Part shown: piece by piece, positions 61,945 through 64,000 of the stretch
Layout: the number at the start of each line of letters is the position of its first letter
Position numbering within the stretch: the first letter of the stretch is position 1
Source of the DNA: an uncultured candidate division Zixibacteria bacterium
GTDB lineage: Bacteria; Zixibacteria; MSB-5A5; RBG-16-43-9
DNA length: 64,000 nt
Direction: 5' to 3'
NCBI GenBank assembly: GCA_963713865.1
Contig: OY970208.1
Location: 2,592,001-2,656,000 of the forward strand
Notes under the pieces: generated by a model
The model's database searches: none
The model's input: the letters and a program-made list of their open reading frames with translations, nothing else
What the model was told of the DNA's origin: nothing
Translations under genes and position numbers: made by a program

Positions 61945-64000
61945 TCAGTAAACCATTTCCCTTATACCTGCCATCCCTTTTTCTATCTTAACCTCAGGTA
62001 AAGATTTTATATTTATCCGGAAATAGTAACCCTGCCGATACCCGTTGACTATCCAGGTAAAGTGCCCTTCCCAGCAATGCAGGTCCCGATAGAATGTAAA
62101 AGTCTGCTCGGAAAGTTGCTTCAGGGAGAAATCGTATCGGGTCAGATAACTTATATGCCACTTCTGAGTTAACCAGAAATCCAAGGAAAGGCTTATCCAG
62201 TGATTTTTAATAGTTCCGGGTGAGTACCTGGTCTCAGAATATCTGTGGTTCAAGGAGAGATTATACTCTCTACCACCACTCTTTTGTCCTTCTTCATCTT
62301 TCTGCGCTCCCCAGAACACCATTATATGATAAATCAGTGTTCAGGCTAAAGTTTAAAAGTCGTAAATGAGAAAGATCAAGCTCTTTAGTGGTTGGATTAT
62401 ATGGATCATGGGTAAAAGCTAATTCAAAACCTATTCCAGGAATAGCATTAGACCTCAAGCTGGATGCAAAATTAGAGAGCTTACGTTCTTCAGCTAAGAA
62501 ATTGTAGCTGGTGCTAAGAGTATAGTTGAATAGCTCAAATTTTTTCTCCTTACCCTCCTTCTGGGTTTTCATTTGCAGAAGATGGGTAAAACTAAAGTTA
62601 AGTGATTGAGCTTTTCCTCCTCCACTCCCCACCCCAGTATAGCTGACATAGGCTTGATGTCTTTTTATCTCTGGAACAAAGACAAAAGCTAAGCTTGGAG
62701 TCATAACCTGCCTGATCCCGGTTACAGGACCAAGCTTAGTATGGAAAGTTCCATAAAGCGTGGTTCTGGCATTTAAACCTAAGGAATAAGTACCTCTTCG
62801 AGCAGGTGAGTTGGCTTTTACCTTGCCTTTACTCTGGTCTGTTTCATAAACATAATACCAGCTTTCCCGATAATTTAACCCCGGAGACAAGATCAGCCAG
62901 CCAAAAAGTGTCTGGGGAAAATCAAGATGAAGGGCATTATCCACAGTCATAAATTTCTTACGAGTAAAATTCTCATTGAGCCTGGCTTTGCTGTAATAGT
63001 TCTGAAAAGAGGAGGAGAAAGAAAGATAAAGGCTTTGATACCATCTTTTGGGTTGGTCAGATTCAGACTTAAAAGGTGAAAAAGATGGTTGGGTTATCTT
63101 AAAAGTAGGGAGCCCCAAGGTTTTTGAATCTGTATCTAAATTCTCCACTTGGTCAAAAGCTAAATATATTCCCGCGCCTGAATATTTACTGTTCAAACTT
63201 GCCTGGGAATGGATACTCCGGTCTCTTCTTTCCTGAGCATTAAAGCTGTAATCCCGATAATAGGATTTATCGCTGATGAATCTGCCATTGGCTGAGAGTT
63301 TTGTAATAGGGGAAATATTCTGTGAATGGCTTAAGACTAAATCCCAGCGATTATTTTTAATTTTAGTAAATCCACTCTCCTGAACTTCCCGTTTATAGGA
63401 GCTGGCAATACTCCCATTATATAAATACCTTTTTGCATATCTGAAATTCTCCCTTAAAAGCCAGCCGGTATTCTCATAATAATCCAAACTGGTTTCTAAA
63501 TCCCAGTAATCTGAAGGAGCCCAAAAATACCCTAAGTTCCGTATAAACCTTTCACCGGAAACAAAGTCTCCAACCTCGAAGGTTAAAAAGCCAGAATGTC
63601 TGCCTGGTTTGATGGGGAAGACATAAAAAGGGATTACCGCTACTGGAAGTCTCCCGATATATAAAACCACGGGCCTGGCAATCACCTTATCCTTGGTAAT
63701 TACCTTCATCTTCCGGGAATAAAAATGGTAATGAGGAGGTTCCTGGTCACAGGTAGTATAACTCCCGCCTGCAGCTAAGAAAACATCATCCTTTATCTTT
63801 CCTAATTCACTTCCATGGTAATACCCGTCCTGAAATTCAGTCTGACCAGCTTTTACCTTACCTTTACGGGTTTTAAGATAATAGCTCATCTCCTCCCCTT
63901 TTATCTCTTCATTCCCATCTATAAGTACCGGAAGTTGGGAAACTATCTTTTTACCCTCCTCTTCTTTATAAATCCCTTCTGCTTTCAGGTATTCCTTTTC
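61945..64000 (-). CDS. lptD: LPS-assembly protein LptD (5' end beyond the window); apparent 1-nt insertion at 62311-62317
   Basis: Frame open to 64000; GSYTTCD...PHYHF, P.FPIK.GRHSGFL, RNLGYFWA.SDYWD; C-terminal YRDLHCWE. Confidence 0.85.

Overview
AT-rich bacterial chromosome segment with Gram-negative (diderm) gene content. Dockerin-tagged and T9SS-type-CTD-tagged secreted proteins together with PorV-like barrels suggest an FCB-group lineage such as Zixibacteria (inference, not verified). Core loci: the start of the dcw cluster (mraZ-rsmH-ftsL-ftsI-murE-murF), tRNA-Leu(CAA) and tRNA-Ala(GGC), NRAMP plus MgtE-N/CBS, tol-pal-cpoB, ssb, ligA-polX, an orphan atpC, uvrB, fur-nadD-bamD-slt, rimO-lolA-ftsK, HU and lptD. 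Accessory content: secreted peptidases (C25, C69, M14, a C39-like protein), two PorV/PorQ-family barrels with a beta-propeller-CTD gene, and a REP-associated HUH tyrosine transposase (RAYT). The most unusual signals are: (1) the RAYT carries its own REP hairpin inside its reading frame, and a nuclease-like cargo gene next to it is bracketed by direct copies of that hairpin, like a cassette; (2) intergenic DNA holds many nested palindromic mini-elements and 7-8 bp periodic repeats, some translated inside proteins; (3) six of seven apparent frameshifts sit at a CCAGA motif and the seventh can be repaired to one, most likely a methylation-linked sequencing artefact; (4) a synonymous duplicate of a gene's 3' end lies at a palindrome junction. 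No CRISPR array, prophage or DGR was found.
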